From an uncultured SAR116 cluster alpha proteobacterium (GTDB lineage Bacteria > Pseudomonadota > Alphaproteobacteria > Puniceispirillales > Marisalimonadaceae), in the NCBI GenBank assembly GCA_902622875.1, contig CACNRW010000011.1, positions 6,289-70,288 on the forward strand: DNA of 64,000 bases, read 5' to 3'. Of the stretch, positions 9,908 to 20,017 are shown piece by piece (the first letter of the stretch is position 1; every line of letters starts with the position of its first letter). The notes under the pieces were generated by a model. That model was not told the DNA's origin and searched no databases. It saw nothing but the letters and a program-made list of their open reading frames with translations. The translations under genes and the position numbers were made by a program.

Positions 9908-11593
9908 TTATATTAAAAAATCAAAGTCTACACCCCTATCTGCTTGAGTGACGTGTTCCATATAAATTTTATTATAGCCTCTTCTGCGAATACTTAGTTC
10001 TTTTCGTTTAAGAAGTCTTTTTGCAATTTCTTCTTCTGAAATCATTAAATCAATTTTTCTTTTTGGCACATTGAGTTTTATTAGATCCCCGTTTTGCACA
10101 ATAGCTAGAGGACCATTTTCATAAGACTCAGGAGTTACATGAAGAATAATGGTACCTGATGCAGTGCCACTCATTCTACCATCAGAAATCCTGACCATAT
10201 CTTTTACACCTTGCTTTGCTAATTTTTTAGGTATTGGTATTAAGCCTGCCTCTGGCATACCTGGTCCACCTTTGGGCCCAATACTTTTTAGAACTAGAAC
10301 ATCATCTTTTGCAACATCTAAATCATCTCTGTCTATCCTATTAGCTAAATCTTCTAGTCCTTCAAATACAACAGCTCTACCCTCATGTATTAATAAACTT
10401 TCAGTCGCTGCAGATTGTTTTATTATAGCAGAGTTTGGCGCCAAGGTACCCTTTAAAACGGCTATACTTCCAGCATTAAATACTGGATTATTTTTGTCAG
10501 TTATTATATTTTGCGACCATTTTGCAGAATTTTTAATGTCTTCTCCAAGAGTAGTGCCATTAACACTTTTAGCGTCTAAATACAGGAAATCTCGTAATTC
10601 ATAGAAGATTCTCTGAGATCCGCCTGCTTTGTAAAGATCTTCCATATAACCAGTTCCAGATGGCTTTAAATCTACAATCATGGGCAAATTTTTTGTTATA
10701 TCATCAAATTTACTTAAATCTATTGTAATACCCAATCTTCCAGCCATAGCTGTTAAGTGAACTAAACCATTAGTGGAGCCACCAATAGAGGATAAAACAA
10801 TTAAAGCATTTAAAAAATTTTTTTCAGATAGATAATCTGAGGGTTTTAAATTTTCAATTGCAATTTTAACAGCAGTTTTACCAGTACTTTCTGCTATTCT
10901 TTTTCTATCAGCTGAAACAGCTGGGGCACAAGCACTATTAGGCACCATTAATCCAAGCGCTTCAGTTGTTATAGCCATAGTACTTGCCGTACCCATGACA
11001 CCACACGTCCCTACGGTAGGAACTAATTGGTTATTTACTTCTTCAATATCTTCATCATCTAATTCTTCTGCTCGATAGCTTGCCCAAAATCTTCTACAAT
11101 CAGTACAAGCTCCAACTCGTTCACCTCTAAATGAGCCTGTTAGCATCGGACCTGTAACTAGCTGTATTAGTGGGATATTAGCACTTAATCCTCCCATTAT
11201 TTGTGCCGGAACAGTTTTGTCACAACCTCCTATAAGTACACAAGCATCCATTGGTTGTGCCCTCAACATTTCCTCAGTATCTATTGACATTAAATTTCTT
11301 AAATACATTGAGGTTGGATTTGCGAAAGATTCATGAATAGTTATAGTTGGAAATTCTAAGGGAATAGCTCCGTTAGATAAAATTCCTGTTTTAACACTTT
11401 TAATTAAATCCGGAACGTTACCGTGGCAAGGATTATAATCACTAAAAGTATTTGTAATACCTATGATTTTTTTATCTAACATTTCGTCTGAGTAACCAAG
11501 GCCTTTTATAAATGCTTTTCTCAAAAAGATAGAAAATCCCTTATCACCATAATTGGTAAGGTTTTTTTTCATTCCATCTTCTTTATTTGTCAT
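9908..11593 (-). CDS. IlvD/Edd family dehydratase (sugar-acid dehydratase-like)
   Basis: NPCH, GGCDKT, GTCGVMGTASTM, GGSTN, SDGRMSGT. Confidence 0.92.
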   Translation of the reverse strand: MTNKEDGMKKNLTNYGDKGFSIFLRKAFIKGLGYSDEMLDKKIIGITNTFSDYNPCHGNVPDLIKSVKTGILSNGAIPLEFPTITIHESFANPTSMYLRNLMSIDTEEMLRAQPMDACVLIGGCDKTVPAQIMGGLSANIPLIQLVTGPMLTGSFRGERVGACTDCRRFWASYRAEELDDEDIEEVNNQLVPTVGTCGVMGTASTMAITTEALGLMVPNSACAPAVSADRKRIAESTGKTAVKIAIENLKPSDYLSEKNFLNALIVLSSIGGSTNGLVHLTAMAGRLGITIDLSKFDDITKNLPMIVDLKPSGTGYMEDLYKAGGSQRIFYELRDFLYLDAKSVNGTTLGEDIKNSAKWSQNIITDKNNPVFNAGSIAVLKGTLAPNSAIIKQSAATESLLIHEGRAVVFEGLEDLANRIDRDDLDVAKDDVLVLKSIGPKGGPGMPEAGLIPIPKKLAKQGVKDMVRISDGRMSGTASGTIILHVTPESYENGPLAIVQNGDLIKLNVPKRKIDLMISEEEIAKRLLKRKELSIRRRGYNKIYMEHVTQADRGVDFDFLI

Positions 11594-11595
11594 AT

Positions 11596-12342
11596 TTAAC
11601 CTCTTCCAACAAAAGGCATGTTAGTAGCCATAATAGTCATATTAAGTATATTAGTACCTAAAGGTAAAGATGCAATGTAAGCAACAGCTTTTCCACAATC
11701 TTCGGCTTCAAATACTGGTTCTATCATATTTTGACCATTTGCTTGTGGAACTCCTGTTTTAAACCGTGAGCCAATAGCAGTATCTGCATTACCAATATCT
11801 AATTGTGAACACGAAATATTAAAATTTCTACCATCAAGAGCAATTGATTTAGTCAAACCATTTATTGCATGTTTAGTTGCTGTATAAGCAACAGTGTCAG
11901 GTCGAGGCGAATGAGCAGAAACAGATCCATTATTAATAATTCTACCACCCTGAGGATTTTGTGTTTTCATTAGTTTTATAGCTTGTTGTGCACAAAGAAA
12001 TGAACCTGTTAAATTAACATCAACTGTTTTTCTCCAATCATTTTCGCTAAGATCCTCTATAGGGACCCTGGGTGCACCCATGCCTGCATTATTGAATAAC
12101 AAATCAATTCGACCATTTTTTTCTTTAATTTTTTCAAAGAGTGATTTAACCTCGTCGCTTTTAGTTATATCAACTGTAATTGGTACAATATCAAAGTTCT
12201 TATTTGTCTTAAGAGAAGATGTTTCTTTTAGTTCTTTTTCCCTCCTACCTATTACATATACCTTAAAATCGATTTTATTTAATTCGATAGCAGCAGCCCT
12301 ACCTATACCAGTTCCTCCGCCTGTAACTAAAGCAATTTTCAT
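11596..12342 (-). CDS. SDR family oxidoreductase
   Basis: TGGGTGIG, NNAG, catalytic YTATK. Confidence 0.92.
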   Translation of the reverse strand: MKIALVTGGGTGIGRAAAIELNKIDFKVYVIGRREKELKETSSLKTNKNFDIVPITVDITKSDEVKSLFEKIKEKNGRIDLLFNNAGMGAPRVPIEDLSENDWRKTVDVNLTGSFLCAQQAIKLMKTQNPQGGRIINNGSVSAHSPRPDTVAYTATKHAINGLTKSIALDGRNFNISCSQLDIGNADTAIGSRFKTGVPQANGQNMIEPVFEAEDCGKAVAYIASLPLGTNILNMTIMATNMPFVGRG

Positions 12343-12354
12343 ATCAAAAACTTT

Positions 12355-13233
12355 CTAAAATGAATAAAATTTTTCAGGATTTGTTACTAATATTTTTTTT
12401 CTCATTTCTTCGTCAGCTATCCATTCACCAAAAGCATTAACTAAGTCTCCATCATTTGGATTCACTTCGTATTTGTTAGGGTGAGGCCAATCAGTTCCCC
12501 ACATGATATTTTCAGGGTTTGCTTCAACAAGAGCTCGTGCCATAGGCATAACATCATCATAAGGTGGTAAGTCAGTTTTGCTAACTCTGTTAGCACCTGA
12601 AATTTTTATCCAAGTATTACCATCTTTAACAAGGTTCAACAAAGTTTTGAAACCCTCAGAGTTAATTCCATTGGCTGCAGATTGATAGGCAAAATGTGCT
12701 ATTGATATAGGAATAGTTGATTTTTTAAATATTGGAGCCAAATCAACTATATCTTTACCAGGAAATAAGTACTCCATATGCCAACCAAGACCTTTAATTC
12801 TAGCTTCAAGTTCTGGAATTTGATCTAAGCCTATTGGCATTCCACCAATGTTATCCATATTTAGTCTTACACCAGTTATTCCTTGATCATTTAATTCTTC
12901 TAAGAATTTATCGGTAACTTCCATTGTTATGGCACATACCCCTTTTGCTCTTCCAGGCGTCTCTTCATTCATTACTTTTATGCCTTTTAGAATTGCAGAA
13001 TTATCAACACCATATGGTGATGGTTGTGTGTAAACCACCCTACTAACACCTAATTGTTTATGAAGATGTTTCAAATCATTTAAAGTAGAATCGGGAGGAT
13101 TATATCCACGTCCTTCAAATAAAGGATACTCTTTTTCAAAAATATGGACATGAGTATCTATAGATCCATTAGGGAGTACTATATCAGGAACATTTGGATT
13201 TCTATCTGGCGCTATACAATCTCGAATAGTCAT
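12355..13233 (-). CDS. Amidohydrolase family lactonase/isomerase (LigI / D-galactarolactone isomerase-like)
   Basis: DTHVH, QPSPYGVDN, GVRLN, KISGANR, WGTDWPHP. Confidence 0.88.
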   Translation of the reverse strand: MTIRDCIAPDRNPNVPDIVLPNGSIDTHVHIFEKEYPLFEGRGYNPPDSTLNDLKHLHKQLGVSRVVYTQPSPYGVDNSAILKGIKVMNEETPGRAKGVCAITMEVTDKFLEELNDQGITGVRLNMDNIGGMPIGLDQIPELEARIKGLGWHMEYLFPGKDIVDLAPIFKKSTIPISIAHFAYQSAANGINSEGFKTLLNLVKDGNTWIKISGANRVSKTDLPPYDDVMPMARALVEANPENIMWGTDWPHPNKYEVNPNDGDLVNAFGEWIADEEMRKKILVTNPEKFYSF

Positions 13234-13289
13234 TTTTACCTCTGAAAATAATGAATAATACTCTACGATAGATGATTAGAAATAAAACT

Positions 13290-13330
13290 TTAAATGATAA
13301 AAACAAATAATTTAAATCAAAAAAATTGAT
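13290..13330 (-). promoter_or_regulatory. Candidate LysR site A (faces the 13233 operon)
   Basis: Minus strand ATCAATTTTTTTGAT (13330-13316), 17-nt gap, ATCATTTAA (13298-13290). Confidence 0.65.
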
Positions 13331-13356
13331 AAAAAAAGATCTAATATATTATGTAA

Positions 13357-13397
13357 ATCATTTTTCTTGATTTAAATTATTGATTAAAATCATTTAA
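13357..13397 (+). promoter_or_regulatory. Candidate LysR site B (faces the tauE-mce operon)
   Basis: ATCATTTTTCTTGAT (13357-13371), 17-nt gap, ATCATTTAA (13389-13397). Confidence 0.65.
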
Positions 13398-13449
13398 GTT
13401 TTTTAATTAAATATTTTAAATTTAGCATTATTTTTTGGGGATTTTTCAA

Positions 13450-14229
13450 GTGCTTAATGGTCTTTTATTAGAAGTATATAAATTACTACCTAATTTTACC
13501 ATTATTCAATTTGTCCTTACTTTGATGGTAGCTTTTCTTGGTGGTTTAATAAGAGGATATACTGGTTTTGCAGGAGCCCTTTTGCTTTTACCTGGTTTTG
13601 TTTTAATTATGGGACCTTTGCCTGCATTAAATGTAGTTGTTATTTCTGGAATGATAGGACAATTACTTATACTTCCAAATGCAATTAAAAATGCCCAAAA
13701 AAAAATAGTATCACTTTATGGCTTAGGTATTTTCATAGGTGTATATGTTGGTTTATATTTTCTTTTTAAAAGAGAAATCCCCGACATTACTTTTTTTATG
13801 GGAATTTTTATAATTGTTGCAACTATTATTCTTATTGCTGGCTGGAAGTATAAAGGAAAAATTAATTCTTTAACGTCTGTTTCTTTTGGAAGTGGAATTG
13901 GTTTTTTTGCTGGATTTTTTGGTGTTCCAACAGGTCCATTGACAGGATTATTTTTTTTATCCCAAAACGAAAGTATCAAAATAATCCAAGCAAATATACA
14001 ATGTACTGTAATTTTAACTGTGGCGGCATTTTTTTCTTATTTTTATTTTATAAATGGTTATGAAGAAAATTATTTGTTTTTGGGTTTGTTAATGTCTTTA
14101 CCTTTAGCCGTTGGTTTAAAAACAGGACAGTTACTATTTAAAATTTTACCGGAAAAGATTTTTAGACCAGTTACATATAGTTGCTTAATAATTCTTGGAG
14201 CAACTTTGTCATTCAATGCTTATGAATAG
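13450..14229 (+). CDS. TauE/SafE family exporter
   Basis: GGLIRGYTGFAGAL and GFFGVPTGP repeats, about 8 TM; GTG at 13450 follows a GGGGA RBS (ORF track starts at 13435). Confidence 0.85.
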   Translation: MLNGLLLEVYKLLPNFTIIQFVLTLMVAFLGGLIRGYTGFAGALLLLPGFVLIMGPLPALNVVVISGMIGQLLILPNAIKNAQKKIVSLYGLGIFIGVYVGLYFLFKREIPDITFFMGIFIIVATIILIAGWKYKGKINSLTSVSFGSGIGFFAGFFGVPTGPLTGLFFLSQNESIKIIQANIQCTVILTVAAFFSYFYFINGYEENYLFLGLLMSLPLAVGLKTGQLLFKILPEKIFRPVTYSCLIILGATLSFNAYE

Positions 14230-14249
14230 CTTTATTTAGGGAGTATAAA

Positions 14250-14666
14250 TTGAAACAAAAAATAGGTGTAGAAAATATAGATCATGTTGGAATAGTAGTT
14301 CCAAGCATAGAACAAGCTATTAAACATTATGAAAAAAATTTTAATATTAAACGTGGTGAAATTAAAATTTCAAAAAAACAAAAAGTAAAAATCAGTTTGT
14401 TAGAATTTAAGAATATTAAATTAGAATTAATAGAACCTTTGAATCAAGAAAGTCCTGTTAATAGTTTTTTGTCAAAAAATCCTCTTGGTGGACTTCACCA
14501 TTTGGGAATTGAGGTTAATAATATTGATGAAACATATGACATTGCTCAAAATCTAGAATTAAACCCAATAGGAAAACCTTCAGAGGGATATCATGGAAAA
14601 TTATTATTTTTTTTACATCCAAAAAAAATGATGAACACCTTAATAGAGATTATTTCAAAACATTAA
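14250..14666 (+). CDS. mce: Methylmalonyl-CoA epimerase (VOC superfamily)
   Basis: DHVGIVV, KLELIEPL, GGLHHL, FLHPK, LIE; TTG start after GGGAG. Confidence 0.85.
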   Translation: MKQKIGVENIDHVGIVVPSIEQAIKHYEKNFNIKRGEIKISKKQKVKISLLEFKNIKLELIEPLNQESPVNSFLSKNPLGGLHHLGIEVNNIDETYDIAQNLELNPIGKPSEGYHGKLLFFLHPKKMMNTLIEIISKH

Positions 14667-14680
14667 AAAAGGAGAATAAA

Positions 14681-15538
14681 ATGAAAACTGACTATAATGA
14701 AATAATAGTTGAAAGAAAAGAAAATGCTGTTTGGATAACTATCAATCGACCTGAGGTTAGAAATGCATTCAGAGAACAAACTTTAGACGAAATGCGTGAA
14801 GCAGTTCTTGAAACAAGAAATGATACTACAGTTACATGCATAGTATTTTCAGGTGCCGGAAAAGAAGCTTTTTCGGCTGGTGGTGATTTTTATGCAATGA
14901 AAAGGTTAAACTGGTCTAATGCAGCTCATTGGAATGACAGAATGCTTGGATTAGCAATGGCAATTAGAGGAGTTCCTATACCTGTTATAGCTATGGTTAA
15001 TGGATTTTGTATGGGTGGAGGTCATGAACTAGCTTTATGGTGTGATTTAGTAATTTGTTCTGACACAGCGGTGTTAGGTCAAACTGGAGCTAGAGTTGGA
15101 GCTTGTCCTACTGTTGGAGCAACTCAGTATTTGCCAAGAATTGTAGGAGAAAGGATCGCTAGAGAGATGATTTTTCTATGTCGGACTTTTACAGGAAAAG
15201 AAGCTGTAGATGTTGGTTTGGCTAACAAATGTGTTAGTCAAGATCAATTACTAGATGAGACTATGAAATGGGTGAAACAAATAAACACTTATAGTGGTCA
15301 AACTATTAGGCAAACCAAAAAATCATTAAATTCAGAATCAGACGAGTTATATGCATCATGGCAACATGGTATGGAGTTGCTTGCTCATGTATGGGGATCT
15401 GATGAGTGCATGGAAGGAATGAATGCATTTATAGAAAAAAGAAAGCCAAACTTTTTCAAATTTAGAGAAAAAAATGCTCAAATTGTAAAGGATTATTTAA
15501 CTGGATTAAATAATGACGACAACGTAAAACCAAGTTAG
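14681..15538 (+). CDS. Crotonase-superfamily enzyme, BadI/MenB-like (putative ring-opening beta-ketoacyl-CoA hydrolase)
   Basis: INRPEVRNAF, FSAGGD, GGGHEL, GQTGARVG, AREMIFLCR, EGMNAFIEKRKP. Confidence 0.8.
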   Translation: MKTDYNEIIVERKENAVWITINRPEVRNAFREQTLDEMREAVLETRNDTTVTCIVFSGAGKEAFSAGGDFYAMKRLNWSNAAHWNDRMLGLAMAIRGVPIPVIAMVNGFCMGGGHELALWCDLVICSDTAVLGQTGARVGACPTVGATQYLPRIVGERIAREMIFLCRTFTGKEAVDVGLANKCVSQDQLLDETMKWVKQINTYSGQTIRQTKKSLNSESDELYASWQHGMELLAHVWGSDECMEGMNAFIEKRKPNFFKFREKNAQIVKDYLTGLNNDDNVKPS

Positions 15539-15545
15539 AAATGAT

Positions 15546-16775
15546 ATGAGTGTAAATCAAAGCTATCCATTAACTGGAGTAAAAGTACTTGACCTTACAA
15601 GAGTTCTTGCAGGTCCCCTATGCACACAATATTTAGGGGATCTGGGAGCTGAAATTATCAAAATTGAAAATCCACAAGGTGGAGATGATACAAGAGCTTG
15701 GGGCCCCCCTTTTTCTAAAGATATTTCTGCGTACTTCTTAGGTGTCAACAGAAATAAAAAAAGTTTGGCACTTGATTTTAAGTCAAAAGAAGGTTTTGAA
15801 ATTCTTACAGAACTTATAAAAAAATCTGATGTTGTTATAGATAATTTTAAGCCTGGATTTTGGGATAAGGTTGGTTTAACTGACGAATGGTTTAATAAAA
15901 ATACTAATAGTATAGTTAGAAACTCTATTTCAGGTTATGGAGATGTTGGTCCTCAAGGAGGTCTTCCTGGTTATGATTTTTTATTACAAGCAGAATCTGG
16001 TTTAATGAAAATTACAGGTGATGAAAGCGGCCAACCTATGAAATTAGGAGTTGCAATAGTTGATATAGTAACAGGTCTAAACGCAGTTATTTCTATATTA
16101 AGTGGTCTAATTATTAAGAATAAAAAATTAAATATAAACGAAAGTATTTTAACTGAAGTAAACTTATATAACACTGGTATTTTTTTATTAGCAAACGTTG
16201 CGTCAAATAATTTAATATCTAATAAAGAATCTGGAAGATTTGGAAATGGTCACCCTAATATAGTTCCTTATAATTTATTTAAGACCAAAGACGGACAAAT
16301 TGCTCTAAGTGTTGGTAATGATAAACAGTTTAAAAAGTTTTCAGAATTAATTAAAAAACCAGAATTGTATTTGAATGATAAATTTAAAACAAATGAACAT
16401 AGAGTAATTAACAGATTAGAACTTGAAAAATTAATAGAAGTTTCACTTAAGCAGAATAATTCGGAATATTGGTATGATTTATTTATTAATGCAAACATTC
16501 CTTCTGCAATTGTAAGAAGCGTTAGTGAGGCACTTAAACACCCACAAACAATAGAAAATCAAATGGTTCAAAATATTAAACACCCTAAAGGTGGAACTTT
16601 CAAAACATTAAATACACCAATGACAATAAATAAAAAAAGAGGATTGAGTTCTCCTTTATCACCTCCTTTACTAGGGGAGCATTCTTACGAAATTTTAAAA
16701 AATATAATGAAAATTGATAATGAAAAATTTCTAGAACTTTGTAATAGTGGAGTAACCAAAGATGGAAGAAATTAA
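15546..16775 (+). CDS. Family III CoA transferase (CaiB/BaiF)
   Basis: DLTRVLAGP, GDLGAEIIKIE, NRNKKS, GYD, PPLLGEH. Confidence 0.93.
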   Translation: MSVNQSYPLTGVKVLDLTRVLAGPLCTQYLGDLGAEIIKIENPQGGDDTRAWGPPFSKDISAYFLGVNRNKKSLALDFKSKEGFEILTELIKKSDVVIDNFKPGFWDKVGLTDEWFNKNTNSIVRNSISGYGDVGPQGGLPGYDFLLQAESGLMKITGDESGQPMKLGVAIVDIVTGLNAVISILSGLIIKNKKLNINESILTEVNLYNTGIFLLANVASNNLISNKESGRFGNGHPNIVPYNLFKTKDGQIALSVGNDKQFKKFSELIKKPELYLNDKFKTNEHRVINRLELEKLIEVSLKQNNSEYWYDLFINANIPSAIVRSVSEALKHPQTIENQMVQNIKHPKGGTFKTLNTPMTINKKRGLSSPLSPPLLGEHSYEILKNIMKIDNEKFLELCNSGVTKDGRN

Positions 16776-17904
16776 AGATATAGTCTTAAAAAATAGTTTT
16801 GAGATTAAAGACATAGAAGTTTTTGCGTTAAATATCCCATTAAAAAAACCTATTAAAATGTCTGGAATTACCGTTCAAGATGCCCAAAATATTTTTATAA
16901 AAATAATCTCAAATAATAATGTATATGGATGGGGTGAAGCATCTTCTGCACCCACAATGACAGGAGAGTTTGTTGAGGGTATGAATGCTGCCGGTAAATT
17001 TATAAAAAATCAATTAATTGGTATAAAGATAAAAAACCTTTTTGATGTTAATGTTTTGAAAAAACTTCCAATTTATGAAAACAAAGGAACATTATCTGCC
17101 TTTGAGATGGCTTTAATAGATTTAATGTTAAAAGAAGAGAAGACATCATTTGAAAAATTTTTTAAGCTGAGAGAAAGAAATAATATTCCAATAATTCAAA
17201 TGGTGGCTGGCTTTGATTTAGATGAAGAAATAACTAATGTTAAAAATGCGGTTTCTAATGGATTTACACGTTTTAAAATAAAAGTAGGATCTTCTAAAAG
17301 TTATAAATATGACCTTGAAAGATGTGCCAAAATAATCTCTTCAGTAGATGATACTTGTATATTTTCTGCCGATGCTAATGAAGGTTATACCCATGAAGAT
17401 GCACTCAATTTTGCTTTAGAAGCCAAAAATTGTGGTCTTAAATTTTTTGAACAACCAATTCCATCAAAAGATTTAGACTTCATGAACACTATTACAACTC
17501 AAAGTTCTATTCCAATTTGCTCTGATGAGGGAGTCCATTCTAAGTCAGATATAAATAATATAATAAATAATCATATATCTAACGGAGTAAGTTTAAAAAC
17601 TATCAAATTAGGAGGTGTAGTTGATGTTATGAATTGTGCAATTTTAGCAAATAAAAATAATATTTTTGTCAATCTAGCAGGTAAAGTGGCAGAAACTAGT
17701 ATTTCAAGCTACGCTATAGCAAATATTGCAACCTCTATTCCTCAAATGGATTGGGACTTAAGTATTACTAATCAATATTTAGTTGAAGATCCAGTTTTGG
17801 AGCCATTGAAAATTAAAGACGGAAAAGTGCATATAAAAGAAACAATTGGACTAGGAACAGAAATAGACATAAGCAAGGCAAAAAAATATATTATTCAAAA
17901 TTAA
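16762..17904 (+). CDS. Enolase superfamily, muconate cycloisomerase/mandelate racemase-like
   Basis: GWGEA, FKIKVG, DANEG, EQP, SDE, KLGG. Confidence 0.88.
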   Translation: MEEIKDIVLKNSFEIKDIEVFALNIPLKKPIKMSGITVQDAQNIFIKIISNNNVYGWGEASSAPTMTGEFVEGMNAAGKFIKNQLIGIKIKNLFDVNVLKKLPIYENKGTLSAFEMALIDLMLKEEKTSFEKFFKLRERNNIPIIQMVAGFDLDEEITNVKNAVSNGFTRFKIKVGSSKSYKYDLERCAKIISSVDDTCIFSADANEGYTHEDALNFALEAKNCGLKFFEQPIPSKDLDFMNTITTQSSIPICSDEGVHSKSDINNIINNHISNGVSLKTIKLGGVVDVMNCAILANKNNIFVNLAGKVAETSISSYAIANIATSIPQMDWDLSITNQYLVEDPVLEPLKIKDGKVHIKETIGLGTEIDISKAKKYIIQN

Positions 17905-17987
17905 TTTTTTTGAATTGATTTAGAGTTCAGATGTTATAGGGTATTTAAAACTTGATATAGTTTGAAGTTAAGTAAAGGGAAAGACTT

Positions 17988-19838
17988 ATGGAAGAAAGAT
18001 TAGTGGATATCAAAGACCTGGAGGTTCATTTCCCTTTGAAACATGAAACTGTTAGAGCTGTTGACGGAGTTTCTTGGCATGTAAATAAAGGAGAAACTCT
18101 TGCAATAGTAGGAGAGTCTGGCTCTGGAAAATCTGTTACAGCTATGTCACTTATGAGACTTACAGATTATTCAGGTGGTAAAATCAATTCTGGATCAATG
18201 AATTTTATAAAAAAAAGTGGAGAAAAATCAGACCTTTCTAAATTAGATCAAAACGATATGAGAAATATACGTGGCAATGATATTTCTATGATTTTTCAAG
18301 AGCCAATGACTTCTCTTAATCCTGTATTCACAATTGGAATGCAAATTTCGGAAGCTATTATTAAGCATCAAGGTAAAACTGAACAAGAAGCATATGACAT
18401 ATCATTAGATATGTTAAAATTAGTAAGGATTCCTGAACCAGAAAAGCAACTTGCACAATACCCTCATCAACTTTCTGGGGGCATGAGACAACGTGTGATG
18501 ATTGCTATGGCTTTGAGTTGCAAACCTACACTATTAATAGCCGATGAGCCCACGACCGCTCTAGATGTTACTATACAAGCACAAATATTAGACTTAATAA
18601 AAAAACTTCAAATAGATATTGGTATGTCTGTAGTCTTTATAACACATGACATGGGTGTTGTTGCTGAAATGGCTGACAGAGTAGTTGTTATGTTAAAGGG
18701 TAAAAAAGTAGAAGAAGGTACTGCAAATGAAATTTTTCATAACCCTCAACATCCATATACAAAGGCTTTACTAGCTGCTGTGCCTAAATTAGGAAGTATG
18801 AAGGGAAGATCTCTTCCGGCCAAGTTTTCAAATATAGATATAAAAAGATCAGAAGGTGATAATGTTACTAATTCTAAAAAAAGTGAATTGATCGAAATTA
18901 AAGATAATGTGAAAATTTCAGATGTACCATTATTAGAAGTAAAGAATTTGACTACAAGATTCTTAATTAAATCAGGTATAGGAACAACTAAAGGTCAAGT
19001 TCATGCTGTAGAAGGCATAAACTTTTCTCTTCAACAAGGGGAAACCTTTGGTTTAGTCGGTGAAAGTGGTTGTGGAAAATCTACAACAGGAAGAAGTATT
19101 TTAAGGTTAGTTGAACCTCATAGAGGTAGTATTTTATATCAAGGTGAGGATTTAACTTCATTAAATTCTAATGAATTAAGACCTTTTCGTAGACAAATGC
19201 AGATGATTTTTCAAGATCCATTCGCTTCACTCAATCCAAGAATGACAGTAGGAGAAACTATCGCTGAGCCTATGGTAGTTCATGGAATAACTGATAAGAC
19301 TGGTGCATCTGAAAAGTCAGTTGAAATTTTAAAAAAAGTTGGTTTAACTCCTGATTATGCATCTAGATATCCTCATGAACTATCAGGTGGGCAAAGACAA
19401 AGAATTGGTATAGCTCGTGCATTGGCACATGAACCTAATTTAATAATTGCAGATGAGGCTGTTTCTGCACTTGATGTATCAATTCAAGCTCAAGTTGTTA
19501 ACTTAATGATGGAATTACAAGAAGAATTTGGGTTGTCATATTTATTCATTAGCCATGACATGGCAGTAATTGAGAGGGTTTGCCATAGAGTTGCTGTAAT
19601 GTATTTAGGAGAGATTGTAGAGTTAGGGAGTAGAGGACAAGTTTTTGAAAACCCCAAACATCCATATACAAAAAAGTTAATGAAAGCTGTTCCAATTGCT
19701 GATCCTAAATTACGAAAAAAAGAATTAAATTTAATGACAGACGAAATACCTAGTTTAGTTAAACCAATAGGTTATGAGCCTGAAAAAATTGATTTGATTA
19801 AAGTAGAGGAAGGTCATTTTATAAAGCCATATAATTGA
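17988..19838 (+). CDS. Peptide/nickel-type ABC transporter ATPase, two fused NBDs
   Basis: Two Walker A ([16 protein letters not shown]), [32 protein letters not shown]. Confidence 0.95.
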   Translation: MEERLVDIKDLEVHFPLKHETVRAVDGVSWHVNKGETLAIVGESGSGKSVTAMSLMRLTDYSGGKINSGSMNFIKKSGEKSDLSKLDQNDMRNIRGNDISMIFQEPMTSLNPVFTIGMQISEAIIKHQGKTEQEAYDISLDMLKLVRIPEPEKQLAQYPHQLSGGMRQRVMIAMALSCKPTLLIADEPTTALDVTIQAQILDLIKKLQIDIGMSVVFITHDMGVVAEMADRVVVMLKGKKVEEGTANEIFHNPQHPYTKALLAAVPKLGSMKGRSLPAKFSNIDIKRSEGDNVTNSKKSELIEIKDNVKISDVPLLEVKNLTTRFLIKSGIGTTKGQVHAVEGINFSLQQGETFGLVGESGCGKSTTGRSILRLVEPHRGSILYQGEDLTSLNSNELRPFRRQMQMIFQDPFASLNPRMTVGETIAEPMVVHGITDKTGASEKSVEILKKVGLTPDYASRYPHELSGGQRQRIGIARALAHEPNLIIADEAVSALDVSIQAQVVNLMMELQEEFGLSYLFISHDMAVIERVCHRVAVMYLGEIVELGSRGQVFENPKHPYTKKLMKAVPIADPKLRKKELNLMTDEIPSLVKPIGYEPEKIDLIKVEEGHFIKPYN

Positions 19839-19866
19839 TTATTAATTAGTAAATATTATTTAACAT

Positions 19867-19907
19867 ATCATTAATTATGATATTTAATATGCAATATTAT
19901 AATTTAA
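19867..19907 (+). promoter_or_regulatory. Candidate LysR site C (faces the ABC SBP)
   Basis: ATCATTAATTATGAT (19867-19881), 17-nt gap, ATAATTTAA (19899-19907); TTTAAC-N17-TACTAT promoter-like spacing. Confidence 0.6.
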
Positions 19908-20017
19908 CTTTTTTCTAACTTATTTTACTATAAAAGAATGCTATAAATTATAGTAACTAATTGATTTATTAATGGGTTTTTTTTTAATAAATTTTTAATT
20001 TTAACTAGGAGGAAATA

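Noticed and set aside
9908-11593. Biosynthetic ilvD
   Set aside because: Context (lactonase, SDR) and lack of ilv/leu genes favour a catabolic sugar-acid-type dehydratase
14681-17904. menB + menC (menaquinone synthesis) reading of the crotonase and enolase-family genes
   Set aside because: No menD/E/F/H/A nearby and the neighbours are catabolic (CoA transferase, epimerase)
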